DNA of 64,000 nt from the NCBI GenBank assembly GCA_963514005.1, contig OY740809.1, positions 18,290,001 to 18,354,000 on the forward strand, read 5' to 3'. Below, in pieces: positions 12,448 to 24,210 of this stretch; the first letter of the stretch is position 1, and the number at the start of each line of letters is the position of its first letter. Made by a program: the position numbers and the translations under genes. The stretch is from Raja brachyura (Eukaryota). Below the pieces are notes generated by a model. The model ran no database searches. It saw nothing but the letters and a program-made list of their open reading frames with translations, and was not told the DNA's origin.

Positions 12448-13194
12448 GTTTTTATATTTGCCAAGTGTAGATGAGCATAACATGTTTTGTGCTGTATCTT
12501 AACATCTAGTTTGTGTCATATAGAAGCTAATAAATTGTGCATGCTTTCTTATTCTGTGTATATTACAGCATGTAATAAGCGTGTGTCATGTGTTGGGGGG
12601 TTGGAGTCAACACACGGGGAGAGGCCTGTGACCCTGTCAGCACTGTTTTAACTGTATGGCAATTTTATGCCATCTTTTGTTCAAATAGGTTTCAAATAGA
12701 AAACATAATTTGAATCAGAGAGTCCACAGTGGTTGCAAATGTAGAAAGGTTTTGCAATTTAAAGAAAGTAATTGAATCGGAGCATCCAAAGTGTGGCAAA
12801 TCGGAAAATACTGAAGAATCACTGAACCAAAAAGTCTTTCCCATCTGCGGATATTGGACAGGGATTTAATGGAGAGAGCATCAGAATTATTCACAGTAAA
12901 CATTTCATAATGAGAAAGTCATCATCACCTGACGATTTCTTTTGTGCTGGTATTAATATACACAGCTGGTTAATTTTGCAAATGAGGGATTAACTAGTAA
13001 AGGGGTAAGGGTGGGCAGGATATCATGTTATGAGTTGGCAGTGTAGGAGAGACAGTCACATACTAAGTGGTAAACAGGGATAAACTCAGGAAAGTACCAC
13101 ATTTATCTCACCAAACTATACTATGCAGCTCATGCCATGTGGAATTGCCTATTCCACGATTCACCAATTTATTTTGTGGAGTAACTGAAGGATA

Positions 13195-13645
13195 TTGAGG
13201 GAGATCACAAAAGGTGGTGGACACTGTCCAGTGCATCAGGGTACTGATCTCCCCACCTTAAATCTATAGGAGATCTGAAGGTGCACTGCTGCAAAAAGGC
13301 AGCCAGCATCATCAAGAACCTCACTACCTTGACCACACTCTCTTTTTACTCCTGCCGTCAGGAAGAAGGTACTGGAGTTGGAAATCTATGATCGCCCAGG
13401 TTCAGGAACAACTTCTTCCCAATAAACATCAGGGCCTGGAATACTACGAGCACTAAGTACGAACTGTCTTGGTTGCTCTTGGGATTTTGGGCTTTTGCTT
13501 TGCACTCATATATATTTTTTAATCTTTCTTTTGTTTATTGTGTTATACTATGAGTATTGTGGTTACAGACCTGTTATGCTACTGCGAGTAAGAATTATAT
13601 TGTTCTATTTTTGGTACATATGACAATTAAACACACTTGATTCTT
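13195..13645 (+). mobile_element. Decayed Rex1/Babar 3' end
   Basis: aaggcagccagcatcatcaag..ctgccgtcaggaagaaggtac..aacttcttccc; homologous to 17.0-17.8 kb. Confidence 0.8.
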
Positions 13646-13889
13646 GGTATACCATAGTCCTGGCAACTATTCTGTCCACAGTAATCTGTGTCTTTACTTG
13701 AATCCTAGGTGTCCCTGGTGCCTTAGTCCAGGGAATCAGGCACAAACCACAAATGATACTGCATATAGTTACCAAGGGTGTGTTGTACTATCGAGGATGA
13801 TATCTTACAGCTGCAATATTAAACAGAGATTCAGGTAAAGACAGATTTCTGTGGACAAAATAGTTACCAGGCCTGTGATATATCATGAG

Positions 13890-14125
13890 TGAAGAGTAAA
13901 AGGCCTCCGAGCAACATTCCAGCGCTTGGAAGTTCTCCTGCGTTCCTGGCCAACGTTTATCTACAGAACCAGAAGCTGATATTTTGGCAGCTTACTTAAT
14001 TACACGTTGTTATATGCAAACTGACTGCCACGATTCTCCATTACAATAATGCATTTCAGAAGTAGTACATTGGCTGATCAAATACTTTTCAAAATCAGGA
14101 AAGGTTCTATAGAAGTGTTTTGTTA
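13890..14125 (+). mobile_element. Ancient Deu-domain SINE remnant
   Basis: gttctcc..cctggccaacgtttatc..gcaaactgactgcc..cattacaa..ttcagaagtagtacattggctg. Confidence 0.55.
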
Positions 14126-14535
14126 TTTTTGTTTAAACTGCAAATTCATGATTATTTGATACTTCATTGCACCTGCAATGTATATTGGCACTGTAGAGAT
14201 TTGTGAAGTGCTGGTGCAGTTATATTGTGACTAAGCTCTCTGCAACACATCATCAAGTTCATGTTTCCACAAGATGTTCATTCAGATCCACACTGAGACC
14301 TTGGCTCATATGTAGCTTCAAATGCAACTGGTGAAACCGTGGCCGTGTCTTGCACCAATGTTAAGCATAAAAGTGAAACAGCCACAACAGTAATGCAAAA
14401 CTTCATTTATTATTTCCTCATGTATTTGCAGCAGAGTGTGGTTGACACAAGAGATGTAACATCAAAGAATCTTCCAATACTGCTGGCAATGCAGTGGGGA
14501 TGATGAATTGTGCTGATAAAGCATTTCCTATGTTT

Positions 14536-14768
14536 AAGAAGGAACTGCAGATGCTGGAAAATCCATACCGAGCGGTATGAACATTGACTTCACCAATTTC
14601 AGGTAGTCCCCGCTTTCTCCTCCCCTTTCCCAGCTCTCCCTCAGCCCACTGTCTCCGCCTCTTCCTTTCTTCTTCCCGCCACACCCCCCCACCCCCCCCC
14701 CCCCATCCTCACATCAGTCTGAAGAAGGGTCTCGACCCGAAACGTTTCTCCAGCATTTTTGTCTGCCT
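14536..14768 (+). mobile_element. Short Penelope 3' insertion with inverted tail at its 5' end and 15-bp TSD
   Basis: GCATTTCCTATGTTT at 14521-14535 and 14769-14783; end of the GIY-YIG ORF (GMNIDFTNFR*) and pLTR. Confidence 0.88.
14716..14750 (+). ncRNA. Minimal type I hammerhead ribozyme core
   Basis: CTGAAGA-A-GGGTC-TC-GACCC-GAAA-CG-TT; the downstream helix I strand appears deleted. Confidence 0.65.
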
Positions 14769-14872
14769 GCATTTCCTATGTTTCTCAGTTTACCCCCAGC
14801 CATTTACCCGATCCTTGAATGAAACCCAAGTCTCAGTCAAGCTTGCAGCTGCCACTCCTCCCTTCCACCGGT

Positions 14873-15160
14873 GAGGGCGGCACAGTGCCGTAGCGGTAGA
14901 GTACAGCACAAGAGACCCGGGTTCGATCCTGACTACCGGTGCTATCTGTACGGAGTTTGGACGTTCTCCCCGTGACCTGCGTGGGTTTTCTTCGGGACCT
15001 CTGATTTCCTCCCACACTCCAAAGATGTACAGGTTTGTAGGCTGATTGGCTTGGTATAATTGTAAATTGTCCTTAGTGTGTATAGGATAGTGTTGGTGTG
15101 CAGGGATCGCTGGTCGGCGCGGACTCACTCAGCCAAAGGGGCTGTATCTCTAAAACTAGA
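14873..15160 (+). mobile_element. V-SINE (HE1-like)
   Basis: ggttcgatcc B box, V-domain, ctgtatctctaaaact tail. Confidence 0.9.
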
Positions 15161-15454
15161 AAAACACTGAGCCCTTAGACAAGGATCATAATTTTCTCTA
15201 GCACCTGAATCATTGGGCTCTGCTAAGGTTTGTTATGGCAAACTTACGGCAGCTTCTAAAATGCCATATCATCCATCATAATGGTGCCATCAAGTTTATT
15301 GGCATTGCTTTTCCCTTCAATGTTTCAGCAGGAACCTTATATAGAAAATTAAATATGTTGATTTTTGCTACAAGGGAAATCACAGTAGAAATACAAACAC
15401 GAGAATGTGCAGAGTGATTGTTTTTCTGTCTGTATACAAATTTTCAACCATGTC

Positions 15455-15615
15455 TGTGTGTTTCTTCCAATTCCATGTGTTGTCTAACCTTCTATATGAG
15501 ACCTTATCAAAAGCCTTAAGAAAATCAAAATATTCCATATCCATCAAGCTCTCTGTTAACTATTCTGCCAGTCTTATCCTCAAATATCTCCAATGTGATA
15601 GTCAAACATGATATT
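15455..15615 (-). mobile_element. CR1 RT fragment, inverted relative to the adjacent copy
   Basis: gagaccttatcaaaagcctt reads KAFDKV on the minus strand. Confidence 0.6.
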
Positions 15616-15624
15616 CTTTTTATT

Positions 15625-16910
15625 TTGGTACCGGCAACGTAGATAAGAAGAAAGATGAGGTCCTTCAAAGTGAATGTAGAGAATTTGGCACAAGGTTAAA
15701 GGGCAGGACCTCTCTCAATCTCAGGATTCCACCTTGTGGTACACACTGGTGATGGTAGGAATAGGAGGATTAAGCAAATGGATGCATGGGTGAGAGTTGA
15801 TGCAGCCTAGTGGGCTTAGGTTACTTGGACCATTGGGATCTCTTCTAGGTCAAAGATGACCAGTACAAGTGGGACGGATTGCATCTGAACTGAAGGGCTC
15901 CAATATTCGTTCAGGGAGATTTGCTAATGTTACTCAGTAGGGTTTAAATTAGCCTGGCAGAGTCCACTGCTGTTTGTCATATATTTATGCGGATGAGAGT
16001 CTCAATGGCATAATTACTAAGTTTGCAGATGACACCAAAACTGGTGATAGAGTGAACAGTTTGTCTGGGTTACAACAGGCTATTGATCAACCTGGGAAAG
16101 TGGGCAAAGAAGTGGCAGATTGTATTTAACTCGGGCAAATGTGACGTGTTGCGTTTTGTGAAATTAAAGTAGGGCAGGACTTACACAGTGAATGGCAGGG
16201 TGCAAGGGAATGTTATTGAACAGAGAGACCAAGGATATACATACATAGTATCCTGAAAGTGGCCACACAGGTGGAGAGGATGGTAAATAAAGCGTCTGCT
16301 ACGCTTGCCTTCATCGGCTGAGGCACTGAGTACAAGAGTTGGGCAACACATTACCGAATATTGGTTAGACCATGCCTGGTATAGTGTACAGTTCAGGTCT
16401 TCACAGTACAGGAAAGATGCAATTAAGCGAGAGAAGTTGCAGAAAAGATGCATATGAATGTTGCCTGTGTTACAGGGCTTGAGTGATAAGGATAGATTTG
16501 ATAGGCTGTTTTCTATGGAACGAAGGAGGCTCAGAGGTGACATGCAAGAGTGATGTAAAATTATGAGAGGCGTAGAAATGGCGTATTGCCTATGACTGTG
16601 TCCTTTGGTGTTTAAAAGTAGAGGGTGTTGGTTTTCAGGTAAGAGGGAAAGGATTTAAAGGGGATCTGAAATATAAATATTTTGCAGAAAGAGTAGTTGA
16701 TATCGGGAATGAGCTGTCAGAGGTGATGAAAGCAACAACATATAAGAGGCATCTAGATTTGTACTTGAAAGAGCAAGGTATAGAGAGATACGGAATTAAT
16801 GTCGGCAAACGGGATTAGTATAGATAGGCATAATGGTTGGCAAATGAACAGCAGGATGGTTGGGTTGGGGGATGAAGGACCTGTTTCAGTTGTGTGCTAT
16901 GACTCCTATG
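15625..16910 (+). mobile_element. Old CR1 LINE: ORF1 SGNH-esterase remnant joined to RT/3' end by internal deletion
   Basis: 15625-15960 reads GT..V..KKDEVLQSE..ISG..LDHWDLF..YK.DGLHLN; from 15961 PLLFVI..KFADDTK and the CR1 3' end. Confidence 0.75.
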
Positions 16911-16984
16911 TGCTGTAACGATCTATGACTCCTTGATAAATCAATGCTGAGCCTCTCAACCCTATGATTTTCTTGGTATCCTGT

Positions 16985-17772
16985 TATTATATCCATTGTG
17001 GATTCCAACGTTTTCCTACTACAGTTTATATCAATGCGCATATCAATCCTGTTTATATCATTGGGTTGATGGTGGAGAGGATCAAAAACTTCAAATTCCT
17101 GGGCGTACATATTTCCGAAGATCTTTCCTGGACCCAGCACACTGATGCTAATATAAAGAAGGCATATCAGCGCCTCTGCTTGCTGAGAAGACTACGGAGA
17201 TTCGGTATGTCAAAGAGGATTCTCTTGAACTTCTACAGGTGCACAGTAGAGAGCATACTGACTGGTTGCATTGTGGCTTGGTTCGGCAACTTGAACGTCC
17301 AGGAGCGGAAAAGAATGCAAAACATTGTGAACACTGCCCAGTCCATCACCGGCTCTGACCACCCCACCATCAAAGGGATCTATCAAAGTCGCTGCCTCAA
17401 AAAGGCAGCCAACATCATCAAAGATCCACACAATCCTGGCCACCCACTCAGTTCACCATTGCGTTCGAGAAAAAGGTACAGAAGCCTGAAAACTGTAACT
17501 CCAGGCTCGGGAACAGCTTCTTCCCTACAGCTATCAGGTTATGAAACACGACAACAAATAAGCTCTGAACTACAACAGACTATTATTATTATTATTGCAT
17601 TATATTTGTTTATTTATTGAGTATGTGTGCATGTGTATATTTACACACTGACCTTTTTTTCTCCCGTTGTATACTATGTTTACATATTCTGTTGTGCTGC
17701 AGCAAGTAAGAATCTCATTGTCCTATCTGGGACAGATGACAATAAAACACTCTTGACTCTTGACTCTCTTGA
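16985..17772 (+). mobile_element. Rex1/Babar LINE, 5'-truncated
   Basis: VERIKNFKFLGVHISEDLSW..FYRCTVESILTGCI..RCLKKAANIIKDP; (ctcttga)n tail. Confidence 0.9.
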
Positions 17773-17799
17773 GACTCACAGGTCACTTTGTCCCCCATA

Positions 17800-18330
17800 T
17801 TGTCGATATTGATCTGAATGTCAGTAAGTGATAATGACTAAATATTGATCTGGGTGACATTGAGAATTACTTGACAATGATCTGACGGCTGGAGACTGAT
17901 CCAAGTAACAAGGGGTGACAGAGACTTCAGGTTTATGTGAGTGGCAGCAGGTTATAATTACTAGCCATTGATCTGAATGACACAGAGAATTACCAGGCAA
18001 TACTCTTCGTGGCACTGAATGAATTACTGGGAATGATTTGAGAGGCAGTGATTTATAACTACTGGGCATTGATCCGAATGACGATAACAACTATTTGAGA
18101 TTGATCCAGGTGATTGGGTGACAATATACTTGGCATTTATTTGAATGATGCTGGGAATTTCTAAGTATCAATGTGAGTGCCCCTGAGTGAATTACTCGAC
18201 ATCGATCTGATTGGCACTGATTGATAATTACTGAGTATTGATCTTAGTGGCAATGATAATTTTGAAGTATTGATCGGAGGAACGGTGAATGACTCTTGGG
18301 TTTACTCTTGTGATTGATTTGAGGGCCATG
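17800..18330. repeat. Degenerate minisatellite, 32-36 bp unit
   Basis: ATTGATCTGA-like anchors at 17808, 17844, 17876, 17967, 17999, 18032, 18068, 18100, 18135, 18167, 18201, 18237, 18269. Confidence 0.7.
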
Positions 18331-18439
18331 ATATTGGATGGATACTTCTGTGACAAACACGTTAAATGGGCCACCACATATTTTAATGGAATTAAGGAAG
18401 ACAATCCAGTAACTGTTTCAATGTCGTGGGACGTTTGAT

Positions 18440-21400
18440 GTGGTAGCGGCAAAAGGGGTAGAGCAGCCTTCAAAAAGTGTCTAATTTGTAAATATCTAAA
18501 TAAAGTGTGAATTAGGTAAGTTATATTTATTGGAGAGTTGTTCAAAAAACATAAAACAACCCTGCAAAAACAAATCACGGAAAGCTACTAAACCCTTCCT
18601 CTTCCATAACAAAAAGACTTGATCAGTACTAGATGGTTGGAAGAGAAAATTGGATAAAATAGGACTCGGTAAGGTGAAATCATTTAGTCCAATCAACTTA
18701 CGAAATGGAAACCATATTCGGAGCATAAGTCTTATTATTGGGTTAGTCGTATATTTATTCAATCTCGTAATTCAAGTCAAGTCAAACAAGTCAAACAAGC
18801 TTTATTGTCATTTAGAAATATATCGATATATGCAATTCCAAACGAAATTCCGTTGCATTTGGCTCCCTGTGCAACACGATAATTAATAAAGGATAAACTG
18901 GAAAAAAAAAATGGATAAAAGGATAAATAGACAATGGTGGCAGCCCATTACGTGGCATTCAGGAGTCTGATGGCTCGTGGGAAGAAGCTGTTGCAGAACC
19001 TTGATGTTCTATTTAATTGTGAAAGGTAACGAGGCCCCTAGAATAGAGGCCATTGTAAGGAATCACGTTCAAGGTTTATCCATCCTGGGCATTGGGTATC
19101 TTCTAAATCTTTTGTCCAAAATGTTAAATAACGACCATTGACTGCCCAATAGTAAAATCTCTAAATGTTTTTTACTTAGTCTGGGATTTTTATTCTGCCA
19201 TATATATGAAGACATTTTGGAGTCTATAATGTCAAAGAAAGATTTGGCAATAAAAATTGGTATCGTCTGAAATAAATACAGAAATGTAGGTAAAATTAAC
19301 ATTTTAATAGCATTGATTTGGCCAATTAGGGATAAGGACATTGGTGATCATTCAGTAAACTGATGTTTAATATGGTCAATTAAAGGCATAAAATTGGCTT
19401 TAAATAAATCCTTGTGTTTCTTGGTGATCTTAATACCTAAATAAATAAAACTTTTGGTAGTCAATCTAAATGGAAACTGACCATAATTCAAAACAAGATT
19501 ATTTAATTGAAAAAGCTCACTCTTACTAAGATTTAGTTTATAACCAGAAAAACTACTAAATTGATTAAGTAATGCTACTATTGCCAGAATAGATTTCTCT
19601 GGGTTAGAAATAAATAGTAACAGATCATCTCCGTAAAGAGATAGCTTATGTGTCTTATTGCCACGGACAATACCAAAAATATTAGGGGATTCCCTAATAG
19701 CGGTGGCTAAAGGTTCCAAAGCAATATCAAATAGTAAAGGATTTAAGGGACAGCCCTGTCTAGTACCTCGAAAGAGCCTGAAAAAAGGGTATCTCTGATT
19801 ATTAGTAAATACAGAAGCCTGAGGTATATGATATATCAGCTTGATCCAAGAAATAAATTTTGGACCAATCTTAAATTTTTCAAGTGTTTTGAGTAAATAA
19901 TCCCATTCTACTCCATCAGAAGCTTTCTCAGCATCAAGTGAGATGACACATTCTGGGGTTTTATTAGACACTGTATATACAATATTCATTAATCTCCTAA
20001 CGTTGAAGTATTTTTGATAAAACCGGTCTGATCTTCAGAGATAATTTGCGGTAAAATTATAGCTAATATTTTGGAAATAATTTTGAAATCTGCTTTTAAC
20101 ATTGATATAGGTCAATATGATGTCACCAGTAGGGTCTTTATCTTTTTTAAGAATTAAAGAAATAGAAGCTTCATAAAAAGATTGTGGTAATCTATTTCTT
20201 AAAAGGGCTTCTTTAAATACCTTACGTAGTCATGGAGACAATAAATTTGAAACATACTTTAAAAATTCTGCTGTAAACCCATCTAAACCGGGAGCTTTAC
20301 CAGAATTCATTGAAAAGATTGCTTTCTGTATTTCTTCTTCCGTGATGAGTCTTCTAACAACAGAGACTCATTATATGGTAAATTTGGTAAGTTCAGTTTC
20401 TTTAAAAACTCATGCATTATATTGGAATCAGTAGGAACATCTGATTTGTATAGGGAGGTATAAAATTCTTGAAGGACTTATTAATTTTGTCATGGTCTAC
20501 AGGCACTGTACCATCCCGTTTTCTCACTTTAGTAATCTGATGCTTGGCCGACACCGCTTTCAATTGATTAGCGAGTAATTTACCAGATGTTTCGCCATGT
20601 ATATAAAATTGACTTTTGGTTTTAAGCAACTGGTTCTCAATCAGTGATACTAATAACAAATCATGTCTCAATCCAAGTTCAACTCTATTCTTGTAGAGCT
20701 CTAAACTAGGAGCTTTTGAATATTTTTTATCAATTTCTTTAATCTCGTCAGCCAATGTACCTATTTATTTTTGATTTTGTTTTTTTAATCCCACGGAGTA
20801 TTAAATAATTTGTCCACGACTATATGCATTAAAAGCATCCCAGACTGCACCATTGGCTATTTCTTCAGTAGAGTTTGTCAAAAAGTAAAAAGCAATCTGA
20901 TCTTTCATAAAATTAATAAAATTTAAGTCTTGAAGCAAAGTAGCGTTAAATCGCCATTGTTTAGCACTAAACTTGGAATCAGGTAGATTGATTGATAGTT
21001 TCAAAGTGCGTGATCAGAAATAGCGATTGTGCCATCGGTTACATGCAGTGACCGATGGAACTAGCCGAGAATCTAGTATAAAATAATCAATCCTAGAATA
21101 ACTGTGATATACATGAGAGAAAAATGATTTTTTTTTTGTCATTTGGGTGCAAAAATCTCCAAACTTCTAACATTCCAGAGTCAAGTAAAAAATAATTAAT
21201 CAAATTAGCTGATTTATTTGGAAGCACGTGATCAGATGTAGACCTGTCAATCGCAGGGTTCAGACAACAGTTGAAATCTCTACCCATTATTAAAAAGTGT
21301 TAATTTAAATTAGGAAAGGATGCAATTAACTGTTTAAAAAACTCAGGGTGATCAATATTTGGTGCGTAGACATTCACCATAGCAACTTTTTGCATGTAAA

Positions 21401-21680
21401 GAACACCAGTAATCTCCAAAAATCTGCCATATGGATCAGAAATGGTTTCCTTATGAACAAACGGAATTGAGGGGTCAATAAAAGTAGCCTTAGCCTGTGA
21501 ATTTGAATGAAACTGCTGTCCTCTCCAAAACTTAAAAAATCGTAAATTGTCATCTTGCCTTACATGAGCAAAGATAATCTGAGCATTTAGTCTGTGACAA
21601 ACTTTAAAACATTTTTTCCTCTTAATGGGATGGTTCAAGCCATTCACATTCCATGAAAGAAAATTAATAACTTTATCCAT
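18440..21680 (-). pseudogene. L1 ORF2p (APE endonuclease + RT), multiply disrupted
   Basis: FLSWNVNGLNHPIKRKK; VNVYAPN; DFNCCL; WRFNATLL; ISLDAEKA; RGTRQGCPL.PLLF; LSLYGDDLLL; FRYLQIRHF. Confidence 0.92.
18773..19010 (-). mobile_element. Rex/Babar 3' tail inserted into L1 ORF2
   Basis: (caagt)n tail, tttattgtca, gggaagaagctgtt; same tail at 57290-57375. Confidence 0.75.
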
Positions 21681-22250
21681 ATTGCTTGTCAAAATCATGT
21701 GGGATGTAATGGGTTGATTTCTTGAAGCCTAAAAGTTCATGATACTGGAAGAAGAAAAATCTAGGGCGGAGCCAGAAGTGACGACATTCAAACTTTGCAC
21801 AAATGGAAAACACTAAATAGGGAACCAAGGACCCCTCCCCCCCCCCCTCCCACCCCTGTAAAGCCCCAAACTGACCAATAGACAGTCAGCACGCTACCTA
21901 ATCCCTTCCCCGAACCCATCTTCCCTAGTAACAGTGCTCGGCATAAAGATAATAATTTCTAACCACTCATAGTCAAAACATATTCCTTATTATCTCTTTG
22001 AGAGCGAAGAAAAAAAAAATACAGACTGACATGAAGTTAACGAGCGAAAGCTACATATTATTAACCAAGGTCAGGATATGAAAAACAAGAACTGCGTTCT
22101 CTTAGTTTGTCTAATGACAGGGGAACACGACATAACAACAAAATTCTTAAAAGAATATTTATAAAAGAAAAACATCTCGTCCAGTTAAATTCTTAATCAT
22201 TACCAAACTATATATTGTCAAAATAGGAACAGTAAATCACCAATTATAAC

Positions 22251-23134
22251 TTAATCAGCTATCGATTGGTCCCCTTCCTCCTCGTAGCTCTCCAGAAAGA
22301 TAGAGGCGTCTTGAGGATTGTTAAAAAATCGAAAATTACCGTTGAAAAGTCGAATACGCAATCTAGCAGGGTATAATAAAACTGGCTGCAGCTTTTTCTT
22401 ATACAAATCAGACATTACATTATAAAAGGATTTTCTTATTTCCAAAAGCTCGCATCAGGCTATAATCAGGGACACACCGAAACCGAAACTTGCCTCCTTC
22501 ATATTCAACCACACCGAACTTTTTTGCTGCCTGGAGAATATTCTCCTTCATTTGCCAAAAATGAAACCGTATAATCAAATGTCTATTTATTACCAGATTT
22601 CTTCCCAATCCTGTGAGCGTTATCCAAAAACGGAAGATTTTCATTGTGCTCAATGTTAAAAGTTTCCTTTATCATTTTAGAAGCATATTTTATAACGTTA
22701 TCTCCTTCTTGACGTTCCGGCAAACCAACAATTCGTAAATTCAAATGAAGGCTTCTGTTTTCCAGATCCATATTTTTAGTCTTGTATTGCTGAAGTGCTC
22801 GAGTGTTTTCATTCATTCGCCGTTCCAGTTTTTCAATCTTCAAATCTCTCTCCCGTCCCAGGGTTCGCAAGATATCAATTTCATTCTTCTGTTTACGATG
22901 TTCATCTTGTAACAAAGACAGTCTTCCTTGGACTTCCTTCAATTTTGTCAAAACTCCTTTCACCATTTCTTCCAAACTGCCAAATCTTATTTTCATTTCA
23001 TTTTTCAGCTCATTTTTCAATTCATCGTTCATTTTCGATATTGCTTCTATGATACTGGAATCAGAAGCTGCAGCTGTGGTTGTGGCTTTCCCCTGTTCCT
23101 TCTTTGGGGAGCCTTCCTTTCTTCTTGTCTCCAT
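22251..23134 (-). pseudogene. L1 ORF1p (coiled coil + RRM + CTD), frameshifted
   Basis: METRRKE start, heptad-rich region, DLENRS..NLRIVGLPE, LDNAHRIG, LLYPARLRI. Confidence 0.88.
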
Positions 23135-23287
23135 CCTTTTCACGATTAAGGCATGTAAAAGTGTTATCAACACTTTATCAAAAGTTAGACGGTGTTTTGA
23201 AATCAAATAGTCACGAGTAACATTGAAAGAGTGATGAGTGGAAGTTAAAAGTTCCACAAAAGGGAGCAAACAAATTTGCAACCTTTA

Positions 23288-23861
23288 AGGGCCTGTCCCA
23301 CCAGCATGCAACTCTATGCGATGAACGCGATCAAACTAGATGCGGGGGCCGCGCGGAGGTCGGGTGATCCCCTGTACAGGGCCATTCCCACCAGCATGCG
23401 CCTGCATACGGCAAGCGCAACCAAAAAGGCAGTAGGGGCCGCGCAGAGGTCGGGCGCAACGCAGCGCAAAGTGAGGCGAACTTGGAGCGAAGTCCAAGGT
23501 AAGTTCGCCAGAACAGAGAGGGGCACACAGAGAGGGGCACCGAGGCACACACACACACACAGGGCCACGGAGCCACACACATAGAGGGTCACAGAGTCAC
23601 TTACAAATAGGTTCACGGAGGCACAATGTCGGGGCGGTGTGTAAATGTCGAGGCGACTGCGAGCCGACAAGCCGTTGCCGCGCGGAATCTTTTGGACATG
23701 GTCGGTTATTCGGAGCCCCGCGCGGTGTCGGGACGAACTCCGCACAATTCCGCACAGCTCCGGCGATTGAAGTGGGACCGGCCCCGCGACGCCGGACGGC
23801 TCAAGCGACCACGTTAGGTCGCGCTCATCGCATAGAGTTGCATGCTGGTGGGACAGGCCCT
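23288..23861. mobile_element. PIF/Harbinger-type MITE in the L1 5'UTR
   Basis: TIR of about 45 bp AGGGCCTGTCCCACCAGCATGCAACTCTATGCGATGA; TTA TSD at 23285-23287 and 23862-23864. Confidence 0.88.
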
Positions 23862-23990
23862 TTACAGCATGCTGCCACTAGGAGAGTCCCATCATGCTGC
23901 CACTAGCAGATATAACAGTGATTGACAGTGATAATGAAAAGATATCCACATTGAACATTATCGTTGTGATTGCTAGATTTTTCAAAGAGG

Positions 23991-24210
23991 ATGGCATGAT
24001 GGCGCAGCGCTAGAGTTGCTGCCTTGCAGTTCCAAAGACCCGGGTTCAATCCTCACTATGGGCGCTTGTCTGTACGGAGTTTGTACATTATTCCCGTGAT
24101 CATAGTGGGTTTCTTCCGGGTGCTCCGGCTTCCTCCCACACTTCAAAGGCGTTTATAGGTTAATTTGCTTGGTAAATTGTACCTGGTGCGTGTAGGATAA
24201 TGTAAGTGTG
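23991..24210 (+). mobile_element. V-SINE
   Basis: tggcgcagcgctagagttgctgcc head, B box, V-domain. Confidence 0.85.

Larger units (their letters stand above)
18440..23890 (-). mobile_element. Near full-length decayed L1-clade LINE (5'UTR, ORF1, spacer of about 570 bp, ORF2), 3' end missing
   Basis: ORF1 and ORF2 motifs listed in the next two entries; two nested insertions. Confidence 0.92.

Noticed and set aside
14873-14945. tRNA genes at SINE heads (also 222, 23991, 31552, 46945)
   Set aside because: A/B boxes run straight into V-SINE bodies; no complete cloverleaf.
17800-18330. CRISPR-like periodic array
   Set aside because: Vertebrate context; the whole unit is degenerate, with no constant repeat plus unique spacer and no cas genes.
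23276-23906. Cluster of overlapping 60-140 aa ORFs and CpG-island-like composition
   Set aside because: All lie within a GC-rich MITE bounded by TIRs and a TTA TSD.
23868-23906. CATGCTGCCACTAG duplicated at the L1 5' end as a possible TSD
   Set aside because: Both copies are on the same side of the L1; no match at its 3' break.
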